A DNA stretch of 64,000 nt from positions 87,828-151,827 of the forward strand of contig JAAOMT010000553.1 of NCBI GenBank assembly GCA_016748015.1, read 5' to 3'. Origin of the DNA: Geosiphon pyriformis uo1. Its lineage: Eukaryota; Fungi; Glomeromycota. Under the pieces are notes generated by a model, which made no database searches, was not told where the DNA came from, and saw only the letters and a program-made list of their open reading frames with translations. Both the position numbers and the translations under genes were made by a program. The stretch's first letter is position 1. Each line of letters begins with the position of its first letter. This document shows positions 26,801 through 39,159 of the stretch, one piece after another.

Positions 26801-29800
26801 TTAAAATCTGTGTTGCTATAAAATAGTTAGCTTTAATTGCCTAGATTTGGTGCATATTCTTGTAAAAGCATTTCAAATAAGTGATAACTGCTTCAATATC
26901 ATTTTGTTTAATTGTGGTGAAACTAGTTAATAAGCAATTGATGATATTATTATTGCTGAAATATTGTAGAAATGTTGTTACTAGAGGTTTTTGGTCTCTT
27001 TTCTGGAATATTATTAATGTCTGTTTGTTGTGAATTCACGTTTCTAGAAGTAATTGAACCTCCAATAACTGAATTTATTTTCAAATTATCTCCTATAATT
27101 TGAACTGCTAGGCTTATAAGTGGAATGGTCAATTCCATACCAATTACTTTGTGTAATTACATTGTAGTAAATGTCAACTCTTTCCCAAAAATTGCTCATC
27201 TGGAAGCTCATTAAAAATATGTAGTTACTTTGCTGTAAAAGTCAACTCTTCTACAAGAATCTTGTTTATAGGCTACTTTAATAATTATAATAAGAAAAAA
27301 AAGAAAAATAAAAGAAATGTAAAAGAAATAGAATTGTATTAAGAAAAAACGTTTTCTATTCAGACCTGAAGTCATTAACAAATTACTGAAATTAGTAGCT
27401 AATCAATTCCAAAATATTAGTTGTGTTGAGAGAATTTCAAGTGTAATAATTTTAAAGGATTTGGTTTTCGAATATTTAATTTTTATTTGAGATGTGTAAA
27501 AGATGATTTGTTCTAATTAAGATATTCAAAGTAAAATACTATGGTAAAATACTATAAGAAAATACATTTTCTTAAAAAGAAAAGCTTTTTTTTTATACAA
27601 CATGTTGTAGTACTAGTCTTTAAACTTGCACTTTTCTTTTTGCTCTAATTTTAGTAAACTAAAAATACATTTTGGTGAACTACAAGTTATTTATACAAAC
27701 TATTGATTATTTTGGCCAATTTTTCATCAATTTTGGCGAATTTTGACTATTTTAAATGGTTCAGGGTATTGTGTAATTTGATCATCTTAATTTCTATGGT
27801 ACAAATCGAATTATTAATTGAGTAATAATATTTGATAATTTGATTAAATAATAAATAATAATTGAAATGATAATAGTATATGCTAATTAATAATAAGAAT
27901 TATGAAAATAATTTCATGCTAATTAATAGCTAAAATTCTACTGATAACAATGTGGTTTTAAATATGTCTAAATCTTAAGATTTGTTTACAAGATTTTAAT
28001 ACCACAAGTTAATGGTGTTTTGAAGAAAGTATAAGATAGTTTAAAGTACTCTGGTATTATTTTATTCATTAACTGTGATGGCTTTTTCCATATTGTTTAG
28101 TCATACTTAAGTATTGTTCTCTTTATTGGTAAATTTTTCTAATTTGGCAATAAGTGTATATGTTATTGATACAATTAATAATTGTTGTTAGAGTTGTTGC
28201 TAAGTGGCAATTAATGCTATTAGTAATTGATTAATTAGAACAACAAAAGGTAAGTTTTATTGAATAATAAGAATGAAGTTTGAATTGTTCAAGTTTTATT
28301 AGATTTGAACAATTAGAATTTGTATTTTCAGGTTATCTAAAATCAAATTTTGATTATTATTTCTTTAATTGTTATTTTTCTTTTCTTCTGAATTGATGTT
28401 TTTTCAATAACTGGTAGATTCGAAATTTAGTTAAAGTAACAGTAATCAAAGTCTTGATAGTGTTATTGGTCACAATTTAAATTTTTTAAAGAAATTGCTA
28501 TAGATTCCTAATAGTTTGGCTTTCTTTTAATTATTTTAGAATAGAACTCTGGATAATAGTGTTTTTGCAGTTGATAATAATATGGATTCAGATAGTATGT
28601 GAATAGTATTTTTTAATATATAATGATATAATAAGTGAATGGATAAAATAACTCTTGGTTTCTTTCAAGTAGGCAGTTGTATTTTTCTTGATATCTCTAC
28701 TAGAGTTTATAATTTTTTTTTGTCTACAAAAATAATAAAAAATTTCTGTTGGGGTAATTCTTAATTTTTTAATTTATCTCTGTGATTAATAAAGCAAACA
28801 AATAGTTTTGTAAAAACATAATGCTTTAAAGTAATTTACTATAGAAATTTTTAAGAGCAGTTTTTAGATCTCTTTGATTTTTCAAGCAGAATTTAATTTT
28901 TTTGTTGATATAAAAATTGAAAGCTGATTTTGCTAACCAATAATTACTTGTTAGTTCAAGATGAGTTTAGTAATGTTAAAATAAAAATTTTGTAAATTTT
29001 AAATGATTTTTTCTTATAATTTTTTGATTTGTTACTTTTACAGATAGTTGATATTAATGCTAGTTTTTTGTTGAATTATATTTCACAAGAAGCACCAAAT
29101 ATTACAAGTAATTATTTGGAGTGTTGAAACAAATAACAAACCCATAACTTGGTGCTTAATAGCTAGAAATATTGGTAATTCTAAAGATTTTGAAGTTTAA
29201 AGATTTTGGTTAAGTCTTTTATATAATAAACAGAGATTTAATTGATGATTTCTTCTGTAAATTTTTTTCTTCAATGTGGTGACTAGTTTATTCTGACAGT
29301 TGTGCTTTTTTGTTAAGCTATTTTTAAATTTTTATTCTTGTTCCTAAGTCTTTTATCAGACTATTCTTAATGTCAAATATTTAATGCTTAATTTTTTTAA
29401 TTAATTAATAAACAACAAAGAAATAAAACAAAAGAAAAGAAAATAAAATAAAATAAGAAAATAAGAAATTAGTATTTTATTAATAGTCATAATCAAAAAC
29501 TATTGGTTCAGTATGATTAAGTATTAAATTTTATTAACATTTCATGTTAATAGTGTGGAATAGATTAATATTTTTTTAATCAAGTAATAATAACATAAAT
29601 TTGGATAATAATAGATGTTTTATTACTATAAGTATAATTCCATTTTAAGTTATAGAAAACTATCTTTTAAAAAGAAGAATATTGTTGTTTTAAATTAATC
29701 TGAACTCTATTGAATACTTTTTCTGTTTTAATACTCTTATTATATATTTATATTTATGTTATATGAGATTTCTTGAAATCTTTCAATTTTTTTAAAAAGA

Positions 29801-29976
29801 ATTCTGAGATTTTGGAATTTTGAAATCTTGCAATTCTTTAAAAGGAATCTTAAAATTCTGAAATTCTGAAATTCTGCAATTTTTCAAGAGGAATTTTAGA
29901 ATTTCTTTTTTTATTATATTTATTTCTAATTGGCTATTTTATTTATTATTATAATTCCTAATTTTTATGAGTAATA
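23882..29976 (-). mobile_element. Internally deleted Gypsy element, family B (LTRs 23882-24659 and 29100-29976; gag, PR and partial dUTPase only)
   Basis: Paired LTRs, TSD ctag/ttag, PBS-like TGGTGCTT next to the 5' LTR; degenerate gag/protease; dUTPase start (FNFRYSRK) abuts the 3' LTR; no RT, RNase H or integrase recognised. Confidence 0.8.
26976..27949 (-). mobile_element. Solo LTR, family A, nested in the gag of the family B element
   Basis: TGTTAC...ATAACA; perfect TSD atgt/atgt. Confidence 0.9.
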
Positions 29977-32900
29977 TTAGATAAAGTAAAGTCTAAGGTA
30001 AATAATATTATAGTAGAATAAACAAGAAAGCAGAAAATCTCTTTGGCTAATTTGTGGGCTTATTAATATGTTCTTTTGGGACATGTAAGAGATAATGCTT
30101 TTTCTGGCATAATAAACAACATTAGTTTAAGAAAATTGATTTTGATAGTTAATGAGTTATTTGATAAAAAAGCCACTGGTCTTTTCAGTATATTGAATAA
30201 GCTGTAAAAATACTATGATAATAAAATAATAAGATGCTTTTTGAATCTACTGAATTTTTGTCTTAGGCTTGGTAATATTTCAGAGACTTGGTAATATTCC
30301 AAATCCTTAAAAGAAGACATAGATTTCAATAATTTTCAAGTTTTATAAATAAGATAATATTTTGACTAACACAAAGTCTATGATATTAATTAAAACTACA
30401 AGAAAGATTTTGTTTAAGATTCTATTGAATTGAATCTTGTTTGTTTGTAGCAAGCTTAACATTTTGCATGGTAATAATTTTTCAGTTTTGAAGAGTATTT
30501 TAATTCAGTCTTCTATGTTTGTTATTGATTTAATAATAGAAAATACTCTAAAAAAAAGTCAAAAAATCTGGTTGGTTTTACAAAATATGCACAAAGTCTA
30601 TGATTCAGTTGGGTAATATCATTTGAGATCTAGTTTGAAACATATCAAAATATGTGACAGATTTATCAAGTTTTTTGGAAATATTCATAAAAACAAAGTT
30701 AATAAAGTAATGACTAATTTTGACCTTTTAAATAACCATATAATTTATGATAAACTAAATTAGGATGAAGTTTTTTTACCACTTCTTTGGAAAATTTTTT
30801 ATGATTTTTTGTTGTGTAAAATTAAAAAATATGAATATTTGTGTAAATATAGTATTAACTTTAATTTTGTGACAAAAACAGACAGAGTGAAGATTAATAA
30901 AAGTATTTCCTTATTTTTTGCAGCTGGTGTTTTTGTTAATGACACAATATGAATAAAAAATGGTCAGATATTGACACAATATATTTTAAATATTACAAGT
31001 AAATTCTTCTGAATTAATAATATTTCTATCAATAATGACAAAACAGTGACTATTCTCATTAATCAGAGAGTAACAAAAACTTTTTTGTGTATTAGTAATT
31101 AACTAATTTTTATAGTCAAATTTGGTGAATTTTATAAATATCTAGGTATTTTTTTATCAACAGAAGACTTATTCAAGCCAAGTTTTACTAAAACATACTC
31201 AAATGTCAAGTTTTTTTTAAATATGGTTCTTAAAAAAGTATTGTCAAATAAGCAGTTTTTTTATTTAGTTTTAGCAGTTTTGCAGTCTATAATTAGTTAC
31301 TAAACACAATTCAGTTTTGTATCTAAGAGCATATGTCATAAATAGAATATTATAATAAGAAAAAAACTTAGATTTAAAGCCAATTTGTCAAAAAATTTTC
31401 TTAATAAAGCTTTATACTACTTGTTTCTATATAGTTTAAAATCTTTTAAGCAAGTGCAAGTAAAAGTTCAGATAGCTTTAGTGGTTAGATTCTTTAATAC
31501 TGCTGGAATTTTTGGCCAATTGTTTAAGCATTATGTTTTGGATTTGCAAGTTTTGGGGTGAACATCTTTGAATTTTTTACAATACTTAGTCAAGTTAAAA
31601 ATCAATCTAATAAACAATTTTTTAGTAAAAGTTATCAGAATTTTTTTGGACACTAAAATCTCTTTGGCCAATAATCTGCTTAATGTATTTCATAAGTCTG
31701 GCCATTTTTTAATGTTCAAAATATTGGAAAATGCCTATTATTTTGATGTGATGCATTTTTTAAAATATTTTAGTTTTGTCTTTAAAGACTGTTTAATAAA
31801 CAAGCATGATTTGGTTATAAATTGAAAAACTTTTCAATATTAAAAAGATTAAGCCTAAGAGATTTGATGCTATTATGGTTTAAAAAAATATTAGTATATA
31901 TAAGCAATCTTCTTGTTAAGTTTAATGAGACTGCTGTTAATTTAGTTTGTTCAAATTTTTTTAACTTAACTAAATTCTTAGATGTTTGTAAATATTTGTA
32001 TAAATTGTGGTCTGGATTAATTAACATTTATATTAATGGTTTATTGAGAGATCTAAATACAACAAAAATAGCTAGTGGAATAACAGCTTATTTTTCTAAT
32101 ATTAAAATGGGTATAGATATAAAGATGCATGGAATTTTATCTTCAACATTGTTAGAACTACAGACAATTATCTTGATCTTAAAGTATGCTCTCTTATCTT
32201 ATTTGGTAGTTTTGTATATAAATAACTAAGTAACTATAAATATGTGTATATTAGAACTTAAGCTTTGTCAATCTGATTTTCAAAACAAATATTAAATAAA
32301 AAAATATTATATAATTAATTTGATTAGATTAAAGAACATTTCTGTAAAGTGAATAAAAATAAAAAACTATTTTAAAGATTTAAGCAATAATTGAGCAGAT
32401 GTTTTTGCTTGTGCTGCTGTATAGTCATGTTTGACTCTTTTTATTAAAATTCATAAGAAGATTTTAATAACAAATAGTCAAGTAGTTTTAGAAAATACTT
32501 GTTATTTTGTTTGTAATATTTATTAAATTGTTTGTTGTGTTCAATGAAAAGTGAGTCCTAATGTGGAGGTTTTAAATGATTTGCTTGTCCAGTGTATTGA
32601 TTAAAAATGTATTGTTTTAGTTTGGCATCTAGACTCTCACATGTTGGCTGAATTTACAAGTAAAAAGTCAATTGCTTTGTACACATATTTGATAAAAGCT
32701 GTTCACAAGAGATTACTGGTTGCTGTTTGTAAAAAACTTTATAATAAAAATTACCTAAACATTTTGTGCTTAATGTATGATAATATCAAGTTGTCTAATT
32801 ATGCTTTTACTTGTTTTAAAAATGTTTTTATGTACTCTAATATTCTTTTTGGTTATATTAAACTGTGGAAATCTTTAGTAGAAGATTGGTTTGTATAATT

Positions 32901-34199
32901 ATCTTTGATATTGAACACTCTTTTTTCAGAAGCTTCAGATGTTAATATTTATGCAGTCTTGTATAAAAGTTTTGTTTTTAAGAAATAAATAGATAAGATG
33001 GTATTAATTTTTGTTAATAGAAAAAGAATAGAGTCTGTAATAGTTAATTTTATTTATTATTTAACTAATAAACATTATAGTAAGTTGTGATTATTAAGAT
33101 CCAAGTTTAAGACAGACATAAAAAAGAATGATTTGGTCTATAATATTAGAATAATATTTGATTTGTTATATAATTGTCTAGTTTTTTGTCTAAAGAGATG
33201 GTCTATTTATTTGGTATTTTTGAATCTTTTACTGTTAATTTTGGTTTGCATAGGTTATGTTGTTTTTTTTTTTATATGAATAATAGTGTAAAAGTTTTTG
33301 TAAGTGTATAGTGTTGTTTTAATTAGTCTAAGTGGCTGGTTATATATAGGAAGTATATAAGTTATATTTAGTTTAATTTATCCATTTGTTTCTGTATATT
33401 AAGTAGTAATTAGATTGTATTTATTAAATAAATAAATAAATTTTTTAATTATAGTTATTAATAAGATATTAATTTCTATTTTATTTTTATTTTTATTTTT
33501 TTTGTTTTATTTTGTTTTATATTAATTAATTAATTAATTAAAAAAAAGTACTAAAATTATGATATCAATAATTATTTGATAAAAAATATTAAAAAAATAT
33601 AATATATAAGTATAAAAACTAAAATTGCTTATTAAAAGAGTGAAAACCACCAGAATAAATTGGCTATTATACTAAAAAAGTTAAATATTAAGTATTATTT
33701 GTTATTATCTTAAATTATACAAAAAATTTCAATTTAAAATCTTTAAAAAATTTTTAAATTAACAAATTAATAAACTCAAATATTAAGTTACAAAAAACTT
33801 CAATAATTTTAATATTTAATGCTTTTTATAAAATATAATTTACAAAGAAGAGAAATACTATTAACTTAATTAGCAAAAGTAACAAAACTAAAAACTATAA
33901 AAATCAATTATTTAAAATTTACAAGTTTTATTTTAATATTACCAGAAACATTTAAAATTAACCAATAATAGTTTATTAACAGAATTAACTTTTAATTTTT
34001 ATGTTAATAAAAACTCTAAATATAGATTTTTATTTTAGAATAATTTTAGAATTTAAAGCTTACTTAGAAAATATAAAAAATATTTTAAAAGATTTTAGTC
34101 TTAATTATTAATGTTTTTACTATTATAATTATTGTTATTAAGACTTAATTTCAGCTTTTTTAATAATTAAACAAATACTAAGTCTGAAAAAAAAACCAA

Positions 34200-35730
34200 A
34201 ATCAAAAAATACTTAAAAAAAACCTGAGTTTAAATCTTGTTGCACTATAAACTCTGGCCATTTAAAATTCAAAATTAATTCAAAATTTAATAAATCCAAT
34301 TCTGTTAATAAATCTATTAATATTATTAATTATTATAGTTTTATTAATTTTATTATTAATACTTATACTTTTTTTAGCAATAGCATTAATAATATATACT
34401 TTAATTACTAAATTAAAAAAATTTACCAATAAAAAAACAATATTTAAGTTTAATTTAATAATATAAAAAAAACTATTGTTGTTAATAATTAAAATAACAC
34501 TAAAGTTTTATAAATAATTTTGTATTTTCTATAAAATATTACAAATTTATAATATTAAAGTTTTATTGTAAAATCTAATATGTTTAATGTTTTTAAAACT
34601 GTATTTTTTTAATATTTTAACAATCAAAACAATTTTATCTAATTGTAAAAACATTTTAACACAATTAAATAAAAAAATAATAAAACAATTGTTATTTATT
34701 TGAAATGTTTTTATTATTATTTGCATTAAATTTAAGTAATTAATCTTAACTATTATATTATATTGCAAATTCTAAATCAATTTATTAAAAAATAATACAA
34801 TAATATTTTTTAATAAATATATCTAATATATTTAAACAATTTTCAAATAGCAATTATATTAGTAAGAAATTTTAAATTGGCCAAACTCAAGACTAATTAT
34901 ATTTAAGTTATTAATCTAAAATAAATAAATTATTTGGACTGAATATTAAATTAAAACAATTCAATAATACAATTAATCAAAAATTAAAAAGATATTTAAT
35001 TAATAATTAAGCTATATATTAATTTTTTTAATATTATAAAAATAAATAAAACAATAATTATTTCCAAAATCAATTATAATTATTATTTTCTAATTAGTTA
35101 TAACAACAAAAAACCCAAATCTGCAATTATTGTTACAAACAAAACCATATTAAAATTAATTGCTATTTATAGTTAAATAATTAAAAATTGAAAAATTAAT
35201 ATCAAAAATTTAAATATAAGTTTTAAACTCCAAATTATAGATTTGAAGTTTTGTAAGAATAATATCAATTATTACAATATTATATACAAATATTTTAACA
35301 ACAATTCCAATTACAACTAGTTTACTTACTATATTTTTAATTACAGTTATAAATTACTTATTAATTATTATTCTGAAAATCAGTATTATAATTACAATTC
35401 TTAATTCAAACCCAAAATCTGAGATTTTAAACTATTCAACAGAACTGGTAATTGGCAATGATTATCAACTGATTTCCAATGTTAACTTACAAACAGAAAA
35501 CCATGCCAAAAATTCAGGAAATATACAGTTACAATTTTTGAATTTTTAGAACTATATAAGTTTTCTTATTATAACTAAAAGCCAGCCATCCAACAACAAT
35601 TACAGTAATAACATTATTTTATCTGCAACCATCACTGAAAACAGCACTCTTACTGCTATCTTCCCATTTAAACTAAAAAAAAAACAAAATGTCTCTTTAA
35701 TGGAACCACTTTAAACTCTAACAAACCACT
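34200..35730 (+). mobile_element. Extremely decayed Gypsy gag remnant
   Basis: ATITENSTLTAIFPFKL at ~35625-35675 matches the pre-protease motif (AVATKDSSLAAIFPFEL); weak gag similarity upstream. Start approximate. Confidence 0.6.
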
Positions 35731-35775
35731 GTTATCTATTTTTATAATATTTTGTTGAATGTTTCAGAGATTACA

Positions 35776-36260
35776 ATTCAATTTGTGTACATTAGAAAAT
35801 TTAATAAATGATATTTTTTTATTTTTGTTGTTTTGTTAGAGTTCGTGTACAAACAAGATTTTTCTCAAAGTTATACTGATTTTCACATATAGGTCGCCTT
35901 CTTTTCCTCGCATGTTTCTGTTCAATTTCGCAACTTTCATACACAGCAAAACTCAAAAACTCAGCACCATCCAACTTGCTATATGTTTTGATGAGCTGGT
36001 TTAACTCATCTCGTAACATAACCATAAGCTTTAGCTTGTCAAGCCATTGTTTACTTTTACAAGCTTCTGGCTTTCCATTCTTGATTCCACCAGATACCTC
36101 ACCATGCACAATTTGCAATACATAATTAGAGTTTTCCAAGGTAATTTTGAAATCAACCTTGTGCCCAATTTTTGCTTTTTTCTCAGGACTTGTATCACTG
36201 TTTTTAGCGTCAGAACTCGAAACAAAAATTATTTTAGTTCTTAAATTATTAACCGTTTTT
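35776..36260 (-). repeat. Left arm of a ~490-bp inverted repeat (REase-like exon copy with its splice acceptor deleted)
   Basis: Near-identical reverse complement of 36702-37199; lacks ~23 bp covering the AG acceptor and first exon codons. Confidence 0.95.
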
Positions 36261-36360
36261 CAAATATAAAATCACCTATACTTACCCATTCCAGTAGCAA
36301 TGCGTCATCACCACTATCATTGAGAATTGTATTGATTAAAGGATAGTACAGTGCAATCGG

Positions 36361-36457
36361 GGCCGGATCGCGACCGTTGCGCTCTCGAAGAGTCGAGTTG
36401 TTTGGGATTGCAGCTCTAAATGGGTGGTAAATTCCATCTAAGGCTAAATATGGGCGA

Positions 36458-36491
<34 letters not shown>

Positions 36492-36590
36492 ATGAAAAGC
36501 ACTTTGAAAAGAGAGTTAAACAGTAGGTGAAATTGTTGAAAGGGAAACGATTGAAGCCAGTCGTGCCGGCGTGAAATCAGCCTCGTGATC
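36361..36590 (+). rRNA. Isolated 28S (LSU) rRNA fragment, D1-D2 junction; pseudogenic
   Basis: Conserved LSU sequence GAAGAGTCGAGTTGTTTGGGA.TGCAGCTC...GAGACCGATAGCGAACAAGTACCGTGAGGGAAAGATGAAAAG...GTGAAATTGTTGAAAGGGAAACG; no other rDNA in the window. Confidence 0.95.
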
Positions 36591-36659
36591 TGAAATCGGT
36601 TCGTCCGGTGTCAGAAAATTGGGTGCATGGACTGCATGATTTTCAGACATATCGTTTTT

Positions 36660-37155
36660 GAGAGGATAGCTCGTTCATCTGTGTATATAGGGTAAATTAA
36701 TAAAAACGGTTAATAATTTAAGAGCTAAAATAATTTTTGTTTCAAAGGGTGAAGTCGTTTCTTGTTCGAGTTCTGACGCTAAAAACAGTGATACAAGTCC
36801 TGAGAAAAAAGCAAAAATTGGGCACAAGGTTGATTTCAAAATTACCTTGGAAAACTCTAATTATGTATTGCAAATTGTGCATGGTGAGGTATCTGGTGGA
36901 ATCAAGAATGGAAAGCCAGAAGCTTGTAAAAGTAAACAATGGCTTGACAAGCTAAAGCTTATGGTTATGTTACGAGATGAGTTAAACCAGCTCATCAAAA
37001 CATATAGCAAGTTAGATGGTGCTGAGTTTTTGAGTTTTGCTGTGTATGAAAGTTGCGAAATTGAACAGAAACATGCGAGGAAAAGAAGACGACCTATATG
37101 GAAAATCAACATAACTTTGAGAAAGATCTCGTTTGTACACGAACAAAACAAATAA
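36660..37155 (+). pseudogene. Fragment of a restriction-endonuclease-fold (CRN-type REase) gene; overlaps the right arm of the inverted repeat (36702-37199)
   Basis: Splicing intron 36692-36747 gives ...FICVYR|GEVVSCSSSDAKN...GHKVDFKI...GEVSGG...KQWLDKLKLMVMLRDELN, resembling the Mucoromycota PD-(D/E)xK REase family. The 5' part is replaced by rDNA and the C-terminus appears truncated. Confidence 0.6.
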
Positions 37156-37230
37156 AAAAAATATCATTCATTAAATTTTCTAATGTGCATAAATTGAATC
37201 AATTATAATTACCTAATACGCGTCACCCAA

Positions 37231-38902
37231 ATGGAAAAACAAACTGAGACCACAAACCATTTTTCGGTTGAAATTCCGTTAGATTTTCAAGAAATTCAAT
37301 AGTAAGCCTTTTCACTTCTTTCACTGCTGTTAACTTTTACAAGGACATGAATTGTGAATATTTCAACTTTGATCTTTAAAAGACGAATTTTATAGTACTA
37401 TAGACTCTTTCCGTAACACCAAACCTTATTCCTTCAAACTTCGCGATGATTTTTATCAACAGCTTGTTGCTGAAAGGGTGGAAGCAGGTGGTGATGGTAG
37501 TTCTCTTGCTCTTCAAACCTTGCAAGACCCAAGAAAATATTTCTCAGATTTTAAAAATTCCAAGGTTTCACATTCCAAGAATCTCAGTCCTCACAACGCT
37601 GCGCTATCCAGTGAAAATATTTTTTGATATTTTTTTGATCAATGTCTAGGAACGATGTTCAAAGTTACGCTTCAATCATATTGAATTGGAGACGCGTGAC
37701 CGTTTTGTCAAAGTAATTCTTGATGGGCAGCCACAAAAAGTAGATTATGGTGGTGACCAGATCATGGACCTACAATTGAAGTCACAGACGGTGATGGTGG
37801 AGCAAAAGGATATAGTCGAATTGGGTGATTATATATTTACACAACGCAAATAATGTTCTTCCCAAATTGATGACAAGCTCAAACTTTTAATTTTAGAACA
37901 GTACGATGCTTTAAAGAAAAAGAATTGGAAAGAAATGAAAATCCATTTTCAAAATATTGAAAATGAGATTGAAGCCGTGGCAAACGCGTTTTCAAATGGT
38001 ATTCTTACGTTAATTTGTTAGAGCCTGACTTTAATAAAGGGCCCACCCTAGAGCACTATCATTAATATTTAGTATACCCCTTTTCGGATTTATCCATGGG
38101 TACTTATCTATTTTCAAAAAGGAAATGATAAAGTACCTCAAGTATTCGTGGCAGTGCTCTATGTTAATTAATTAACGTGTTATGCAATATAATCTTAAAT
38201 TGGACGCTAACAATTAATTGGAATTTCAGAATATGAAAAGCTGTCAATAGATATTGAAGAAGCGGCTAAACTGCTGAATGAAACCGAACAAATAGTGAGG
38301 GATTCAAGTATTTTTAACATTGATAAAAACTCGAAAATCATCCAATGTTTCCTGAATTTAAGGAACGCGAATTAGAAAATATCAATACGGCAATCAGCAA
38401 ACAAAGCGTAAGTGTTTTTCGTTGCTCTCGTATCATTCAAAGAATATTGAGACTATATCTACTCTTATAGAAAATAACAGTATCAGAGGCGCAACGTATT
38501 TTGGAGAATCAGGTGAGTAATTAGTTTAACCCATTTCAAAAATCTTTTTTTTTTTGAGAAAAAATCTAATTATATTCCATTAGACGGATCAACTTCAACA
38601 AATCAATAAAGCAATACGTGATTGTAACAGGGAGATCAGTGATCTCAACTGTCAGTATGAAGCGTTAGAAACAGAGGCTGCAGAACTCGCTATGCTGCAA
38701 AACTCCGAAGAAAAGCGCGCTTCTGATGCTGCTAAGAAAGCCGAGATGAAAGATGTACAGCTTGAGGAAATGTATAATTGGTATGTATTCGTTTTTCTCA
38801 GAACATTTAGAAACAGGTTATCAAAATAAAATCACCCATGTTCTCTTCATCAGGTATGTTGCAAGCATGGGGATTTACCGAAAATTATTAGATATTCATT
38901 AG
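37231..38902 (+). CDS. Sos7/Kre28-like kinetochore coiled-coil protein, 9 exons
   Basis: GT-AG exons 37231-37301, 37396-37564, 37650-37824, 37897-37998, 38230-38294, 38363-38407, 38471-38512, 38584-38780, 38854-38902 splice in frame. SKLRFNHIELETRDRFVKVIL and C-terminal LEEMYNWY...YRKLL resemble Sos7; ACGCGT at 37218. Confidence 0.7.
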
Positions 38903-39159
38903 TCGGCAATAATTCAAGCAAAGAAACGTGAAGCTCATTTAATGGTATATTTGACAAGTATAAATTCGGTGAATCGATCGATAAGTAAAAGGGGGGGATT
39001 TCTAGAACAAATCGTTGTTACCATAAAATTGGTTCGTGACCAAGCGATTAACTTTCAAAGGAAGAATTATGTATTTGCTAGAGCGGGTATTAATCTAAGA
39101 TCAAGAAAATGTTTCAAAAGCCAACCATGATCTTATTCAATTGATTAAATTTTTTTTTA

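Larger units (their letters stand above)
18770..33420 (+). mobile_element. Full-length, heavily decayed LINE (ORF1 + ORF2) hosting several nested LTR insertions
   Basis: 5' UTR and ORF1 start (MSKKKA...) match the LINE at 55300; ORF1 knuckle CKKCRRFGHF at ~20975; APE ~21700-22350; RT ~30150-31000; RNase H ~32020-32400; 3' UTR ~33310-33420. The reading resumes across each insertion. Confidence 0.85.

Noticed and set aside
36361-36590. Functional rDNA unit or R-element insertion site
   Set aside because: Only ~230 bp of 28S is present, with no 18S, 5.8S or rest of 28S, and no RT adjoining it.
35776-37199. Inverted repeats as TIRs of a DNA transposon or MITE
   Set aside because: The arms are intron and exon sequence, there is no transposase, and no TSD was recognisable at the outer ends.
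38942-39130. 62-aa ORF downstream of the Sos7-like gene
   Set aside because: No recognisable motif or splice structure; probably 3' UTR or intergenic.
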